From the NCBI RefSeq assembly GCF_001194135.2, contig NC_068988.1, positions 44,473,555 through 44,525,187 of the forward strand: a stretch of 51,633 nucleotides of DNA, read 5' to 3'. Position numbers and translations under genes: made by a program. The notes below the pieces were generated by a model. It ran no database searches. It had not been told where the DNA came from and saw nothing but the letters and a program-made list of their open reading frames with translations. The DNA is from Octopus bimaculoides. Lineage: Eukaryota. The first letter of the stretch is position 1. Each line of letters opens with the position of its first letter. Shown here one piece after another: positions 12,030-23,542 of the stretch.

Positions 12030-12320
12030 GCCCATCAGGATGTCATATTTTTGATACCTTGTCATAAAAATTCTGTATTTTTCCCCCAAAATGTTTGCCA
12101 TGTTGTTTGTTTCACAATGTTTTGTCACCTATGGAAAACTCTTGTGTTTAGAACCAGTGATAATCTAATAATCCAGAGGTGCTAAATTTGGTGAATATCG
12201 TAGATATAAAGAACTTCCCACCCTTATGATGTAAATTTTGTTTCTTGGGTTTATATTGCATTGTCAAGCTGGAAAATAGCACTTTTCCTTTTCATTATAG
12301 CTGGCCACTTTTGACATAAT
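12030..12320 (-). mobile_element. Degenerate mariner transposase C-terminal fragment
   Basis: The minus strand reads GWEVLYLRYSPNLAPLDY, matching the mariner motif GWEVLxHPPYSPDLAPSDY. Confidence 0.65.
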
Positions 12321-12497
12321 TCTTGATTTATGTGATCAATTTACTGACAACAAATATCAGCCTTGTTTCAGTACCTCATAATGAACAACTCTATGCATAT
12401 TCCAATAGACACTTAGCAAGGACCTCTTTGGATAAAATCCTGATTTTTTTTTTTATGCAGTCACTGGTTTCTTATTTACTGCTAACCATTGTTTTTT

Positions 12498-12602
12498 TAT
12501 TTGCCAACATAATGGGGCAATCCTGATTAGGACGAATGTTACTGTTATTTAGCCCCAGTCACTTTCGTCCTAATCAGGACTACCACATTATGTTGGCAAA
12601 TA
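12498..12602. repeat. 39-bp inverted repeat with 27-nt spacer
   Basis: TATTTGCCAACATAATGGGGCAATCCTGATTAGGACGAA versus TTCGTCCTAATCAGGACTACCACATTATGTTGGCAAATA, 3 mismatches. Confidence 0.9.
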
Positions 12603-12641
12603 ATCTTTATTTTAGAATACTGTTTCTTGTTCAGAGATATC

Positions 12642-12990
12642 ATCATCATCATCATCATCGTTTAACGTCTGCTTTCAATGCTGGCATGGGTTGGACGGTT
12701 TGACTGGGGACTGGTGAGCCAGATGGCTGCACCAGGCTCCAATCTGATCTGGCAGAGTTTCTACAGCTGGATGCCTTTCCTAACGCCGACCACTCCTAGA
12801 GTGTAGTGGGTGCTTTTATGTGCCACCGGCACGAGTGCCAGTCAGGCGGTACTGGCAACGGCCACGCTCAAATGATGTTTTATGTGTCACTTGCACAGGA
12901 GCCACTGGCAACACCCTCGCTCGAATGTTGTTTTCCATGTACCACCGTAGTAAACAACATTCGAGTGAGGGCATTGCCAGTGCCGCTGTA
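12642..12990 (-). mobile_element. RTE 3'-UTR fragment with (ATG)n tail
   Basis: Same tail and ~60-bp units as the other copies. Confidence 0.85.
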
Positions 12991-13084
12991 CTAGAAATAA
13001 TAATTTTTCTATTCGTTGTATTTTTGGCTTCCAGTTAATATGCCATGCCCATTTTTCATAACAATGCAGTTGTTATATGAAGAT

Positions 13085-13396
13085 GTATCGCTTAGTGGTT
13101 AGGGTACTTGGCTCTTGATTGTAAGGTCATGAGTTCAATTCCCAGTGGTGCATTGTGACCTTGAGTGAAATATTTTATTTCATGTTGCTCCAGTCTACTC
13201 TGCTGGCAAAAACGAGTAGTATCTGTATTTCAAAGGGCTAGCCTTGTTACACTCTACATCACTCTGAATCTCTCTGAGAACTACTTTAAGGGTACGCATT
13301 GTGGAATGCTCAGCCACTTGCACATTAATTTCATGAGCAGGCTCTTCTGTTAACTAAATCAACTGGAACCCTTGTCGTTGTAACCAACTGAGTGCC
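13085..13396 (+). mobile_element. tRNA-derived SINE, family D
   Basis: GCTTAGTGGTTAGGG (A-box-like) and GAGTTCAATTCC (B-box-like), with a body shared with other family D copies. Confidence 0.8.
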
Positions 13397-14227
13397 AGGC
13401 AGTTGTTATGAAACAAGAGATTGTTATTCCTAGTCAAAAGACTGCAGCGTTTAGTAGAACATGGAGTTTGGGTTTTTAATGAGAGCATAGGAGGAAACCA
13501 AATCGTGTCTTTGGATTTTTCCTCAATTCATTTGAGATGCTTATAGATAGTTGAAATGACAATCAATTTCTATGCCAAATCTCTTATGCTTTTGATATAA
13601 ATCTGATGCTAATATTTCTGTAAAAAAAAAAAATCATCACCCAAAGTTGCTAATCTTCCGGAATGAGGATTATTGGAAAGATGATAAACCCAAGTGGTAA
13701 ACTTTTAAAGCCATGGCTAACATTTACAAGTCCACTGAATCAAGATATATACTCCACAAATATTTTACACTCCTTGTGCAGCAGTATTAGTCTTTTGAAA
13801 TTCATACACTAAACAATGATGAATTGTTGAAGTCTTTATCAACCATAGAGTTAAATATTACTACACACTATAAACGACACAGAGCGAGATAGGAGAGATG
13901 ATAAATTAGATCTAGACACTGTTTTCTACTATGTAAGTGTTGTCATGAAGTTGCTAAATTAGATCTGTAGCTGTTGATACAAAATGTATCTTATAAGTTA
14001 TAGATGACAAGATGAAGATGTATGGGAGGTTTAAGCTTCAGTGTAAAACAGATATTAGTTCAATTAAAGTGATGGTGATGAGAGCAATAAATTATAATTC
14101 TGAGTTAGGGAACAGTCAATCAGATTGATGACTGCTAATATTATTGAATCTGGAAAACTGAAAGATGAAGCTGGTTCTAACAAGATTTAAACTGATGATG
14201 ATGATGATGATGATGAAACTAATAATG

Positions 14228-14273
<46 letters not shown>

Positions 14274-14274
14274 T

Positions 14275-14492
14275 AATGGTTTCAAATTTTGGCTCAAGGC
14301 CAGCAATTTTAGGGGAGGGGGATTGTCAATTGCATCAATGTATTTGTTCAGCTAGTACTTGCTTTACTGACCCTGAGAGATGAAAGGCCAAGTCCAGCCT
14401 CAGTGGGATTTGAACTCAGAATTTAAAAAAAGATGGAAGAAATGCTACTAAAGCCTTTTGTCTGATGATCTAACAATTCTGCCAGCTTGCTG
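14275..14492 (-). mobile_element. SINE family C (tRNA head, Deu/Nin-like core)
   Basis: Reverse complement of the 21991-22222 family, preceded by a (GAT)n(AAT)n tail. Confidence 0.75.
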
Positions 14493-15258
14493 CTTTACTA
14501 CTATTACTACTACTACTACTACTACTGCTGCTGCTACTGCTACTGCTGCTGCTGCTNNNNNNNNNNNNNNNNNNNNNNNNNNNNNNNNNNNNNNNNNNNN
14601 NNNNNNNNNNNNNNNNNNNNNNNNNNNNNNNNNNNNNNNNNNNNNNNNNNNNNNNNNNNNNNNNNNNNNNNNNNNNNNNNNNNNNNNNNNNNNNNNNNNN
14701 NNNNNNNNNNNNNNNNNNNNNNNNNNNNNNNNNNNNNNNNNNNNNNNNNNNNNNNNNNNNNNNNNNNNNNNNNNNNNNNNNNNNNNNNNNNNNNNNNNNN
14801 NNNNNNNNNNNNNNNNNNNNNNNNNNNNNNNNNNNNNNNNNNNNNNNNNNNNNNNNNNNNNNNNNNNNNNNNNNNNNNNNNNNNNNNNNNNNNNNNNNNN
14901 NNNNNNNNNNNNNNNNNNNNNNNNNNNNNNNNNNNNNNNNNNNNNNNNNNNNNNNNNNNNNNNNNNNNNNNNNNNNNNNNNNNNNNNNNNNNNNNNNNNN
15001 NNNNNNNNNNNNNNNNNNNNNNNNNNNNNNNNNNNNNNNNNNNNNNNNNNNNNNNNNNNNNNNNNNNNNNNNNNNNNNNNNNNNNNNNNNNNNNNNNNNN
15101 NNNNNNNNNNNNNNNNNNNNNNNNNNNNNNNNNNNNNNNNNNNNNNNNNNNNNNNNNNNNNNNNNNNNNNNNNNNNNNNNNNNNNNNNNNNNNNNNNNNN
15201 NNNNNNNNNNNNNTTTACTTGTTTCAGTCATTTGACTGCGGCCATGCTGGAGCACCGC

Positions 15259-15712
15259 CTTTGAAATGGATAAGAAAATAGAATGTAACAAGCCAGATTT
15301 TACAATACTAGATAAGGAAAATCAAATTTCGGTTACTGATCGATTTATCTGTCCATTTCATTTCAAGATCTTGAAGAAAGAAGATGAAAAACTGAAAAAA
15401 TGCCTGTTAAAATTTGAGTTTGTGAAGATTTGGAGCATGAAATCTTTAATGATTGTTTTAATAATAATTTGTGCATTAAGTACCGTGAGTGATGACATAG
15501 ACAAATGGTTAAAGGAAATTGGAGTGGACTGTCTTGTAGAGCTTCTACCAATGGTCTTCCTCTTAGGAACAGGAAGATGTTCAGAAAGGTTTTGAGCACT
15601 TGATGGCTTATTAAAACCATGTGGATATCTAAGGTTACAGATTGTAATCCATGACCCACATAAATTCTGCCAGGAATAAGACCAATTCTGGGTCAGGTCA
15701 AATAATAATAAG
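15259..15712 (+). mobile_element. R4/Dong-like non-LTR retrotransposon 3' fragment (REL endonuclease end plus 3' UTR)
   Basis: NKPDFTILDKEN...CPF...KEDEKLKK...IWSMKS..VLIIICALSTV...LLGTGR matches the REL pattern xPDIxxxD...E..K..KY...V.GALG...LLGT. The fragment ends in AATAATAATAA. Confidence 0.75.
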
Positions 15713-15716
15713 ATAA

Positions 15717-15950
15717 GGGATGACAAGATAGCTGGCTTGGTTAAAGAAAGGAGCTGAAGAAAGAGACTGAGGGGATGATTTTAGTAGCATAGGAACAAGC
15801 CTTAAGAATATATTGGATCAAGAGGATCATGAAAAATAGAAAAAAAGGTGACAAGAACAGATGGTTATGGCTAAAGGGAGGAGTGTAGGAGAAAGAAATT
15901 GAGGGAATGGCATTTTTGGCAGTAGCGCTTGCTTAGAATGAAGACGAAGA
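15717..15950 (+). mobile_element. Two short R4/Dong-like fragments in tandem
   Basis: WLKKG(fs)LKKETEGMILVA*EQALR and WLWLKGGV*EKEIEGMAFL match the R4/Dong motif LKxETEGxxxAAQxQAL. Confidence 0.6.
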
Positions 15951-16077
15951 AATGTAAGAATAAGATTGCTGCAATAATTTAGAAAAAGAAAAAAAAGAAG
16001 AAACTACAAATATTTATGTATGTCTTGAGGAGATGGTATCCAGTACCCACAAATGTGTGAGAATTATGGGAAAAATA

Positions 16078-16293
16078 CTCTTTTGTACTCTAGGCACAAG
16101 GCCCGAAATTTTGGGGGAGGGGGCCAGTCAATTAGATTGGCCCTAGTTTGCAACTGGTACTTAATTTATCGACCCTGAAAGAATGAACGGCAAAGTTGAC
16201 CTCAGCAGAATTTGAACTCAGAACATAAAGACAGATGAAATACCGCTAAACATTTCACCTGGTGTGCTAACGTTTCTGCCAGCTCGCTGCCTT
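16078..16293 (-). mobile_element. SINE family C
   Basis: ACTGGTACTTAATTTATCGACCC...GGCAAAGTTGACCTC...GAATTTGAACTCAGAAC...CTGCCAGCTCGCTGCC. Confidence 0.85.
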
Positions 16294-16454
16294 ATATGGA
16301 AAAAATACTATCATAGAAAAAATACTATCTAAATAGTGGACTTAACGTGAGAAACAGGATTGATATTATCTGGCTTTACCTGTTATGGTCTATTGCTTAA
16401 ATATTATAAAATAATCCCTCAATGAAATTCAGTAAAATTAACACAAAAATATGT

Positions 16455-16660
16455 GAGTTTCTTATGAGGCACTACTTGCATCACTCAAAGGCAGATACAG
16501 ATGGACTATGTATCTTATGAAAGGATGGAGGATGCAGAGTGATGGAGCTGTAACTGTCTCTAAAACTAGCAACCATTGGGTCAGACACCTAAGTAAAGAA
16601 CACTAATGACTGGATGCTTGAATTTGTTTGCAAGTTTGAAAGTGCAAACACTCAGTCTCA
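16455..16660 (+). mobile_element. R4/Dong-like RT thumb-region relic
   Basis: LMRHYLHHSKADTDGLCI..KDGGCRVMEL*LSLKLATIGSDT parallels 28211-28555 (NNPKVDLNKIYFPRSIGGRGLTQLELSYKITTVGLNTYL). Confidence 0.6.
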
Positions 16661-17144
16661 GAATAATGCCCTCTGATGTGTAGCTTGTAGTAAGTTGTTT
16701 CATTGAAACTCCCAGATGTTATCTGTTACAATGAATTATTGGTGTGTTAACAGAATTTTGTTTTAATACTATTCTGTGCCAAAGGATTGATCTATAAATT
16801 TTAACCAAAGTTATGTATAAACAGATACAAACTATTCTCATGAAGTGAGAAAGAGAGAACAACCAGACTGGCTTCAATTTTGTGTTGTACTCTCCTTAAC
16901 TGTAAATAAAGATATTGCTTATAAATCCACTGTTATGAGGGGCTTAAGTAGATCAGTGACCAATTTGCATATATAATACTTTCTTGGCAGCTAGTTCAAT
17001 TAATAAATCATTAGTTCATTAACAGCGTTTTATTTCAATATCATAATGCATTACAGAATGTATCAACAGATTTTAGCTAACACTATATGTACATTTAGCT
17101 CTAAACACCTTGTTTTTATATAACATATACATAAATGTGAAGGT

Positions 17145-17425
17145 GTGTAGCCTAGTGGTTAGGCTGTTGCACTCATGATTGCTAGACCATGGGTTTGATT
17201 GATTTCCTGACTGGGCAGTGCATTGTGCTCTTCAGCAAAACACTTCATTTCACGTTGTTCCAGTCCCCACTTCTGATCGGGGGTGGGTGGGTGAGTGGGG
17301 GAATGTTGACCTGTTTGCATAGCCAGCAGGGTGCTGTCATTTGAATGCTAAAACAATGCAAAAATGTATTGTGACCAGCGATGTGTAACAATATCAGAGA
17401 GCCTGATTGGTCATGTGATCAATTG
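17145..17425 (+). mobile_element. tRNA-derived SINE (family D-like head, different 3' body)
   Basis: GTGTAGCCTAGTGGTTAGG...GGGTTTGATT...CAAAACACTTCATTTCACGTTGTTCCAGTCC. Confidence 0.7.
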
Positions 17426-17527
17426 ACATACATAAACATATCCTGTATCACAGTATAGCATCTATGTTTTAAGCTGCTTTTTCTCCTTCTTACAGTAGTT
17501 TGTGTAAATTAGTTATTTTTGAAATTG

Positions 17528-17911
17528 ATTGGCTTGAGCAATAATTCATGAGCATTTTTTTCAAACATAAAAATGCATGCAGAAATAAAATGCATTGGCA
17601 AAAATGTTTAATGTTTTTTTTTTTAAAGAATTATTTACTCTACAAGATAGTGCATTTTGATTTTTTTGTATTTTCAGATCATTAAAATGGAATAAGTGGG
17701 CAAAAGTGAGCATTTTCAACACCGTTTATTTTTTTGCATTTAATTAGGGTCTTAAACCTGCTGAAGCTGCTCGTGAGATTTGTGCTGTGTATGGAGAAGG
17801 AGTAATGCCTCAAAGTACCACCTGCTGTTGGATTTTGCACTTCAAAAATTGGAATTTTTATCTGAAGGACGGATTACACATCGGTCAACCAACTGAGTTT
17901 GATGAAGAGTG
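17528..17911 (+). mobile_element. mariner 5' relic (degenerate TIR plus transposase N-terminal HTH region)
   Basis: ATTGGCTTGAGCAATAATTCATGAG is TIR-like. SEHFQHRLFFAFN*GLKPAEAAREICAVYGEGVMPQST...F..KDGLHIGQPTEFDEE matches the mariner N-terminus. Confidence 0.7.
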
Positions 17912-18033
17912 ATTGTTTTATTTTATTTTCAGAATGTCATTGTAGGGTACATGTGAGAGACTAGATCTGGCTGGTTTGAACATAATACAGGTTGAATATC
18001 TGGTCAGATATGACCGGTTTGAATGCTAAAGGG
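17912..18033 (-). mobile_element. piggyBac-like MITE, partial copy 3
   Basis: Ends in AATGCTAAAGGG|TTAA, and the body is the reverse complement of the left part of 3296-3530. Confidence 0.7.
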
Positions 18034-18164
18034 TTAAATTCACATGATGTGTCACCATTGTTGTCATTCATTAGAAAAGTAAAGTGCAAGATAGCCTTAT
18101 TTAAAAGGTTCTTTTGTTCATCTGTCTCTTCTGATTGGAGTTCATATGCAGAAAACACTATTGA

Positions 18165-18470
18165 TATATTGTTCATGAGTTGCTTAGCTTCACTTATTCT
18201 GCCACATACCCTGATTATTTCACCTAATTATACATCCATTCCTTTGTTAACACTATGCCTATTACAACTACCTCAGAGTATTTACCCATCAAGAGCATTT
18301 TACACTTGTGTTCTTTACTCATAAAAAGTCTAGTTGAGGTTACCTCTCCTCTACTTCTTGCACACAATACACATCAACTCACCTTCAGTCCAGTATCTTT
18401 ACACACTCGTTCTCTCTCTTTTCAGGCTTACCTTTCATTGTGTAAGCATTGATGCCAGCAGCGCTGAAGT
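18165..18470 (-). mobile_element. RTE-clade apurinic-like endonuclease (APE) N-terminal relic
   Basis: The minus strand reads TMKGK...R*VDVYCVQEV...TSTRLFMSKEHKCKM...IGIVLTKEW, matching the RTE APE start NVGTMxG...RxVDICCVQEVRW...GVGI. Confidence 0.65.
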
Positions 18471-19146
18471 TTTGCATCTGATAAGTGGCTAGTTTCTACC
18501 AAGTGATGGGTAGGTTGTTTCATATCTGTTTTCAGCAATTGAATGGAAGAAAACTTGTGCAACTATTTGATGACATTTGTCACACATGGCCAGATGTTCC
18601 CATCTATCATGATTTTGGCATGGTCTGGGTTCATTCTATTGCAGTGGCATGGGCATAAGGGAGCTTATGGTAGACAAATGATTAGAGGTAACTAGGGTAT
18701 TAGCAGCAGGTCATAATTGTTGTAANNNNNNNNNNNNNNNNNNNNNNNNNNNNNNNNNNNNNNNNNNNNNNNNNNNNNNNNNNNNNNNNNNNNNNNNNNN
18801 NNNNNNNNNNNNNNNNNNNNNNNNNNNNNNNNNNNNNNNNNNNNNNNNNNNNNNNNNNNNNNNNNNNNNNNNNNNNNNNNNNNNNNNNNNNNNNNNNNNN
18901 NNNNNNNNNNNNNNNNNNNNNNNNNNNNNNNNNNNNNNNNNNNNNNNNNNNNNNNNNNNNNNNNNNNNNNNNNNNNNNNNNNNNNNNNNNNNNNNNNNNN
19001 NNNNNNNNNNNNNNNNNNNNNNNNNNNNNNNNNNNNNNNNNNNNNNNNNNNNNNNNNNNNNNNNNNNNNNNNNNNNNNNNNNNNNNNNNNNTGTATATAT
19101 ATATATGTATGTAATGGATAATAATATGTATGTATATCTATATCTA

Positions 19147-19189
<43 letters not shown>

Positions 19190-19201
19190 ATACATATGTG
19201 G

Positions 19202-19235
<34 letters not shown>

Positions 19236-19649
19236 ATATATGTTTGCATGTATGCATATGAATATCTATATGCAAACAGCTGATACTTGACAAAGAACAT
19301 GGAGAATATTCTGCAGAAATTGTTGAAAGAACCTCGAATGATGTGGGGGTTAATAGTCCAATCAGTACATACAACTGTATGTTTATTAAAGTTTCTAGTT
19401 GACTAGCTTTCTTTATTCGAATCTCCACTCCCACTGCCTTCACGCCCTGGACTGCGGTCAGATTTTCTGCTTGGCATCACATCCCATCACATCCATTTGG
19501 TGTTCACTAGAACCATTCAGTTCAATTTGACTATATAATTAGCTGTTTAGCTGGAAGATGATGAGAACAGGCTGGGAGTTAACTGAAATTATTTGTTATA
19601 CCCTTCGTTCTTTCCCTACCATCGTACTGGACTTTAAATGTTCACATTG

Positions 19650-19734
19650 AGTTCACTTAAAAATCTCAATCTAGTTTTTCTTCCTTTACCTCCTACTTCT
19701 CTTTCCATCCCCCCCATTTCACTTTTCTCACCTC

Positions 19735-19776
<42 letters not shown>

Positions 19777-19936
19777 CTTATCATGCACACACTATCTTTC
19801 TCTCTATTTATTTTTCCTTTTTCTGCCTTTATTTATTTTTCTCTACCTTCCCCTCCCCTCCCTCCCTCTGATTTGTCTTTTTCATTTTTCATTTTCTTGT
19901 TTTTCTTTTTCTTTCATTATTCTCTCATCTCTCATC

Positions 19937-19976
<40 letters not shown>

Positions 19977-20380
19977 CCACACACTCTCTTTCACTCATGC
20001 TCTTTTTCACACACAATCTCTTTCACACACACTCTCTTTCACATACACTCTCTTTCACACACGCTCTCTTTCCCCCCTCCCTCATTTTTCTCCTCTTATG
20101 TGGTTTCCCCTCTATTATTCTCCTGTCTCTCTTTTTTTCCACATACCCCTCATCACTGTCTGTATCTTTGTCATCTCTTCACTTTCTCCATTTGTCTTTC
20201 TATCTTATATCTATCACCTTTTCTCTCTATCTATTTTCTCTCTTTCCCTCATCTTTCTTTTAATTTCTCCCTTTCTGTTATTCTCTATTTTCTATATATT
20301 TTTCTCTCTTCTAGCACTCTCTCTCTGTCTTTAATCGTTGCATTTTCATCAAAGATTGTATCTTCCTTTCTCTTCCTGTA
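19650..20380. repeat. ~730-bp CT-rich polypyrimidine tract; a second tract lies at ~20615-20960
   Basis: Read directly: almost no G on the + strand, with embedded (CT)n runs. Confidence 0.9.
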
Positions 20381-21081
20381 GCCAGTCTGTTGAGAGTTTT
20401 CCCACTCTTCAGGTTATTGATTATAGCCAGAAATCTCAGACAGGTGAAATGAAATGAAATTAGCTCAATCTAGAATTGAACTTACATCAAACACTTTGCT
20501 TGTTGAGAATTTACAACCACAATGGCACTATGGCACCAGCAAAAGAAATTAGATTTATTCTCAGACAGATTCTTGTTTCTTTTTTGCTCTTGGTCTCTAC
20601 CAATCAAATTGTTACATGCTCTTCTCACATCCTCTTTCACATCTCTCCTCCTCTCTCTATTCCTTCAGAGTTACTCCCTCATACTTGCACCTCTTCATTT
20701 CCCATCATCCTCTTCCACTCATACTCTCTTTTTTTAACTTTTTCTCCCTCTGAAACTTCTATCTCTCCTTTTCTGATCAGCACTCCTCTCTCAACCTCCT
20801 CTACTTGTCTTCTCCCTTTTTGTCTTTATTACTCTCTCTATCACTCTCTATTATTTAATTCTTCTTACTCTCCTAATTCTCCTCTTACATTCTCTTCTAC
20901 TTTCATTTTCACCCCTTAGCCCCTTAGCTCCTTACTCCCTTAGCCATCCCCTCTCCTATCATACACTCTCAAACTATTGTGAGACAAAACATGGAATGAA
21001 AATAACAAAAGAAGTAATAATCTAGTTTTGGGAGACAAATATTATGTAAGTAAATTAATACCAGTAATTAAAAAAGTTACC

Positions 21082-21320
21082 TTTTTGTGTCATGTCGACT
21101 CACAAGGGCTGGTTTCCCAGTTTTATGGTGTATATATTCCACACCTGGGTGGGACGCTAGTCTATCACAGGATTACTAATTTTTGTCAGCTGAGTGGACT
21201 GGGGTAGTGTGAAATGAAGTGTTTTACTCAAGAACACAATGCATCAACCAATCCAGGAACTGAAACCACAATCTTACATTCATGAGTCCAATACCCTAAC
21301 CGCTAAGTCACATGTCTCTC
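21082..21320 (-). mobile_element. tRNA-derived SINE with V-domain-like core
   Basis: GGGACGCTAGTCTATCACAGG resembles the V-SINE core GGGACGCCAGTCCATCGCAGG (from memory). The head is CCTAACCGCTAAG on the minus strand. Confidence 0.6.
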
Positions 21321-21499
21321 CACATACCTGTAATTAGCTGAGTGGTACATATTTTATCAACACACATGCTCAGAACAATGGAACACATCTATATGTCATA
21401 CTTGGTTTGGTGTGCCTCACATACTGCTATGCCCTGTAACATGGGCTTAATCCCAACAACAAGAAAAAAAAAAGGGAAATTATAGTTGTGGCCATTGTC

Positions 21500-21965
21500 A
21501 GTGTCATGTAACTGGCACCTGTGCCAGTGGCATGTAAAAAACACCTTTTGAGCATTGAGCCCCATGGAGGCAATATGACTGATGTCAGTGTGGAGTAACT
21601 AGCACCTGTGCTGGTGGCATGTAAAAAGTACTTTTTGAGTGTTGGGCCTCACAGAGGCAATGATGAATGACTGAGACCTTTGGCAATTTGCTGTGCTTGA
21701 GAAGAAGACCCATCGAGTCAAGTGAAATCTTAGTTGTAGCAGATACTTGTGTCACACAACTGGCACCCATGCTAGTGGCATGCAAGAGCACCCATCACAT
21801 TCTCAGAGTGGTAGGTGTTAAGAAGGGTATCCAGCTGTAGAAACCATGCCAAATCAGACTGGAGTCTGGTGAAACCCTTCAGTTTAGCAGCCCTGGTCAA
21901 ACTGTCTAGCCCATGCTAGCATGGACAACAGACATTAAATGATGATATTGATGATGATGATGAAT
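21500..21965 (+). mobile_element. RTE 3'-UTR fragment with (GAT)n tail
   Basis: GAGACCTTTGGCAATTTGCTGTGCTTGAGAAG...GAGTGGTAGGTGTTAAGAAGGGTATCCAGCTGTAG...CATTAAATGATGAT. Confidence 0.8.
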
Positions 21966-21990
21966 GCTGCAGACATCCCAGAAATACACA

Positions 21991-22222
21991 AGGTGGCGAG
22001 CTGGCAGAAACGTTAGTACGCTGGGCAAAATGCTTAGTGGTCTTTCGTCTGCCGTTATGTTCTGAGTTCAAATTCCGCCGAGGTCGACTTAGCTTTTTAT
22101 CCTTTCGAGGTCGATAAATTAAGTACCAGTTATGCACTGGGGTTGATGTAATCGACTTAATCCCTTTGTCTGTCCTTGTTTGTCCCCTCTATGTTTAGCC
22201 CCTTGGGGGCAATAAAGAAATA
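21991..22222 (+). mobile_element. SINE family C, well-preserved copy
   Basis: GGTGGCGAGCTGGCAGAA (A-box-like), GAGTTCAAATTCC (B-box-like), and core GTCGACTTAGCTTTTTATCCTTTCGAGGTCGATAAATTAAGTACCAG, which resembles the Deu/Nin SINE domain (from memory). Confidence 0.9.
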
Positions 22223-22418
22223 GGAAATACACAAGTGCAGCTGAAAAGGATGAAAAAGAAACTTGCATGAAATTGTCAGAAACAGAAGCAAGAACATCAA
22301 CAATAATGGTTTCAAATTTTGGTATGGATCCAGCAATTTTGGATGGGAGGAGGAAGTTGATGAAATAGATCTCAGTATACGACTGATACATATTTCAACG
22401 ACCCCAAAAGGATGAAAA

Positions 22419-22501
22419 GCAAAATTGACCTTGGCAAAATTGACCTTGGCAAAATTGACCTTGGCAAAATTGACCTTGGCAAAATTGACCTTGGCAAAAT
22501 T
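22419..22501. repeat. Perfect 15-bp tandem repeat (GCAAAATTGACCTTG) x5.5 inside a SINE
   Basis: Counted directly. Confidence 0.95.
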
Positions 22502-22794
22502 TGAACTCAGAACATGAAGATGGTCAAAATGCTTAGCAGCATTTTGTCCAGCATGTGAATGGTTCTGTCAGTTTGCCACCTTATTAATAATAATGATAAT
22601 TATAAAAACTGCTTTCAAATTTTGGCACAAGGGCAACAAGTTTGGGTGAAGGGCTAAGTTGACTACATCGACCCCAGTGCTCAACTGGTACTTATTTGAC
22701 ATCAGTGGAATTTGAACTCAGAATGTGAAGACAGATGAAATGCTGCTAAGCATTTCACCCAGCATGCTGACTGTTCTACCAGCTTGCCACTTTG

Positions 22795-22796
<2 letters not shown>

Positions 22797-22849
<53 letters not shown>

Positions 22850-22894
22850 TGTTGTTGTTTTCTTCTTCTTCTTCTTCTTCTTCTTCTTCTTCTT

Positions 22895-22957
<63 letters not shown>
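22797..22957. repeat. Compound microsatellite (TAA)n-(TTG)n-(TTC)n-(TTA)n
   Basis: Read directly. Confidence 0.95.
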
Positions 22958-22959
<2 letters not shown>

Positions 22960-23188
22960 GGCAAGCTGGCAGAATCACTAGCATGCTGGATGAAATGCTT
23001 AGTGGTATTTCACCCGTTGCTATGTTCTGAGATCAAATTTTGCCAAGGTTGACTTTGCCTATCATCTTTTCAGGGTTGATTAAATAAGTACCAGCTGAGC
23101 ACTGGGGTCGATGTAATCAACTTAATCCCTTCCTCCAAATGTTAGGCCTTCTGGTTCCAGTAGAAAGGATTATCATCATCATCATCAT

Positions 23189-23238
<50 letters not shown>

Positions 23239-23494
23239 TGATTTATGTTTATGAATTCATTTTGCAAGACTCTTGTTAATAATCCTTTCTACTATAGCAC
23301 AAAGCCTGAAAATTTTTTTTTGGGAACTAGTCAATTACATCGACTCCGACTTAATTTATCAACCCCCAAAAGGATGAAAGGCAAAGTCAACCATGGCGGA
23401 ATTTGAACTCAGAATGTAAAGATGGACGAAATACCACTAAGCATTTCGCTCGGTGTGCTAATGGTTCTGTCAGCTGACCATCTTAACAATAATG

Positions 23495-23542
<48 letters not shown>

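Noticed and set aside
20382-20443. SLLRVFPLFRLLIIARNLRQ as an S4 voltage-sensor exon
   Set aside because: The R-x-x periodicity is broken, another frame is equally open, and no other channel exons were found.
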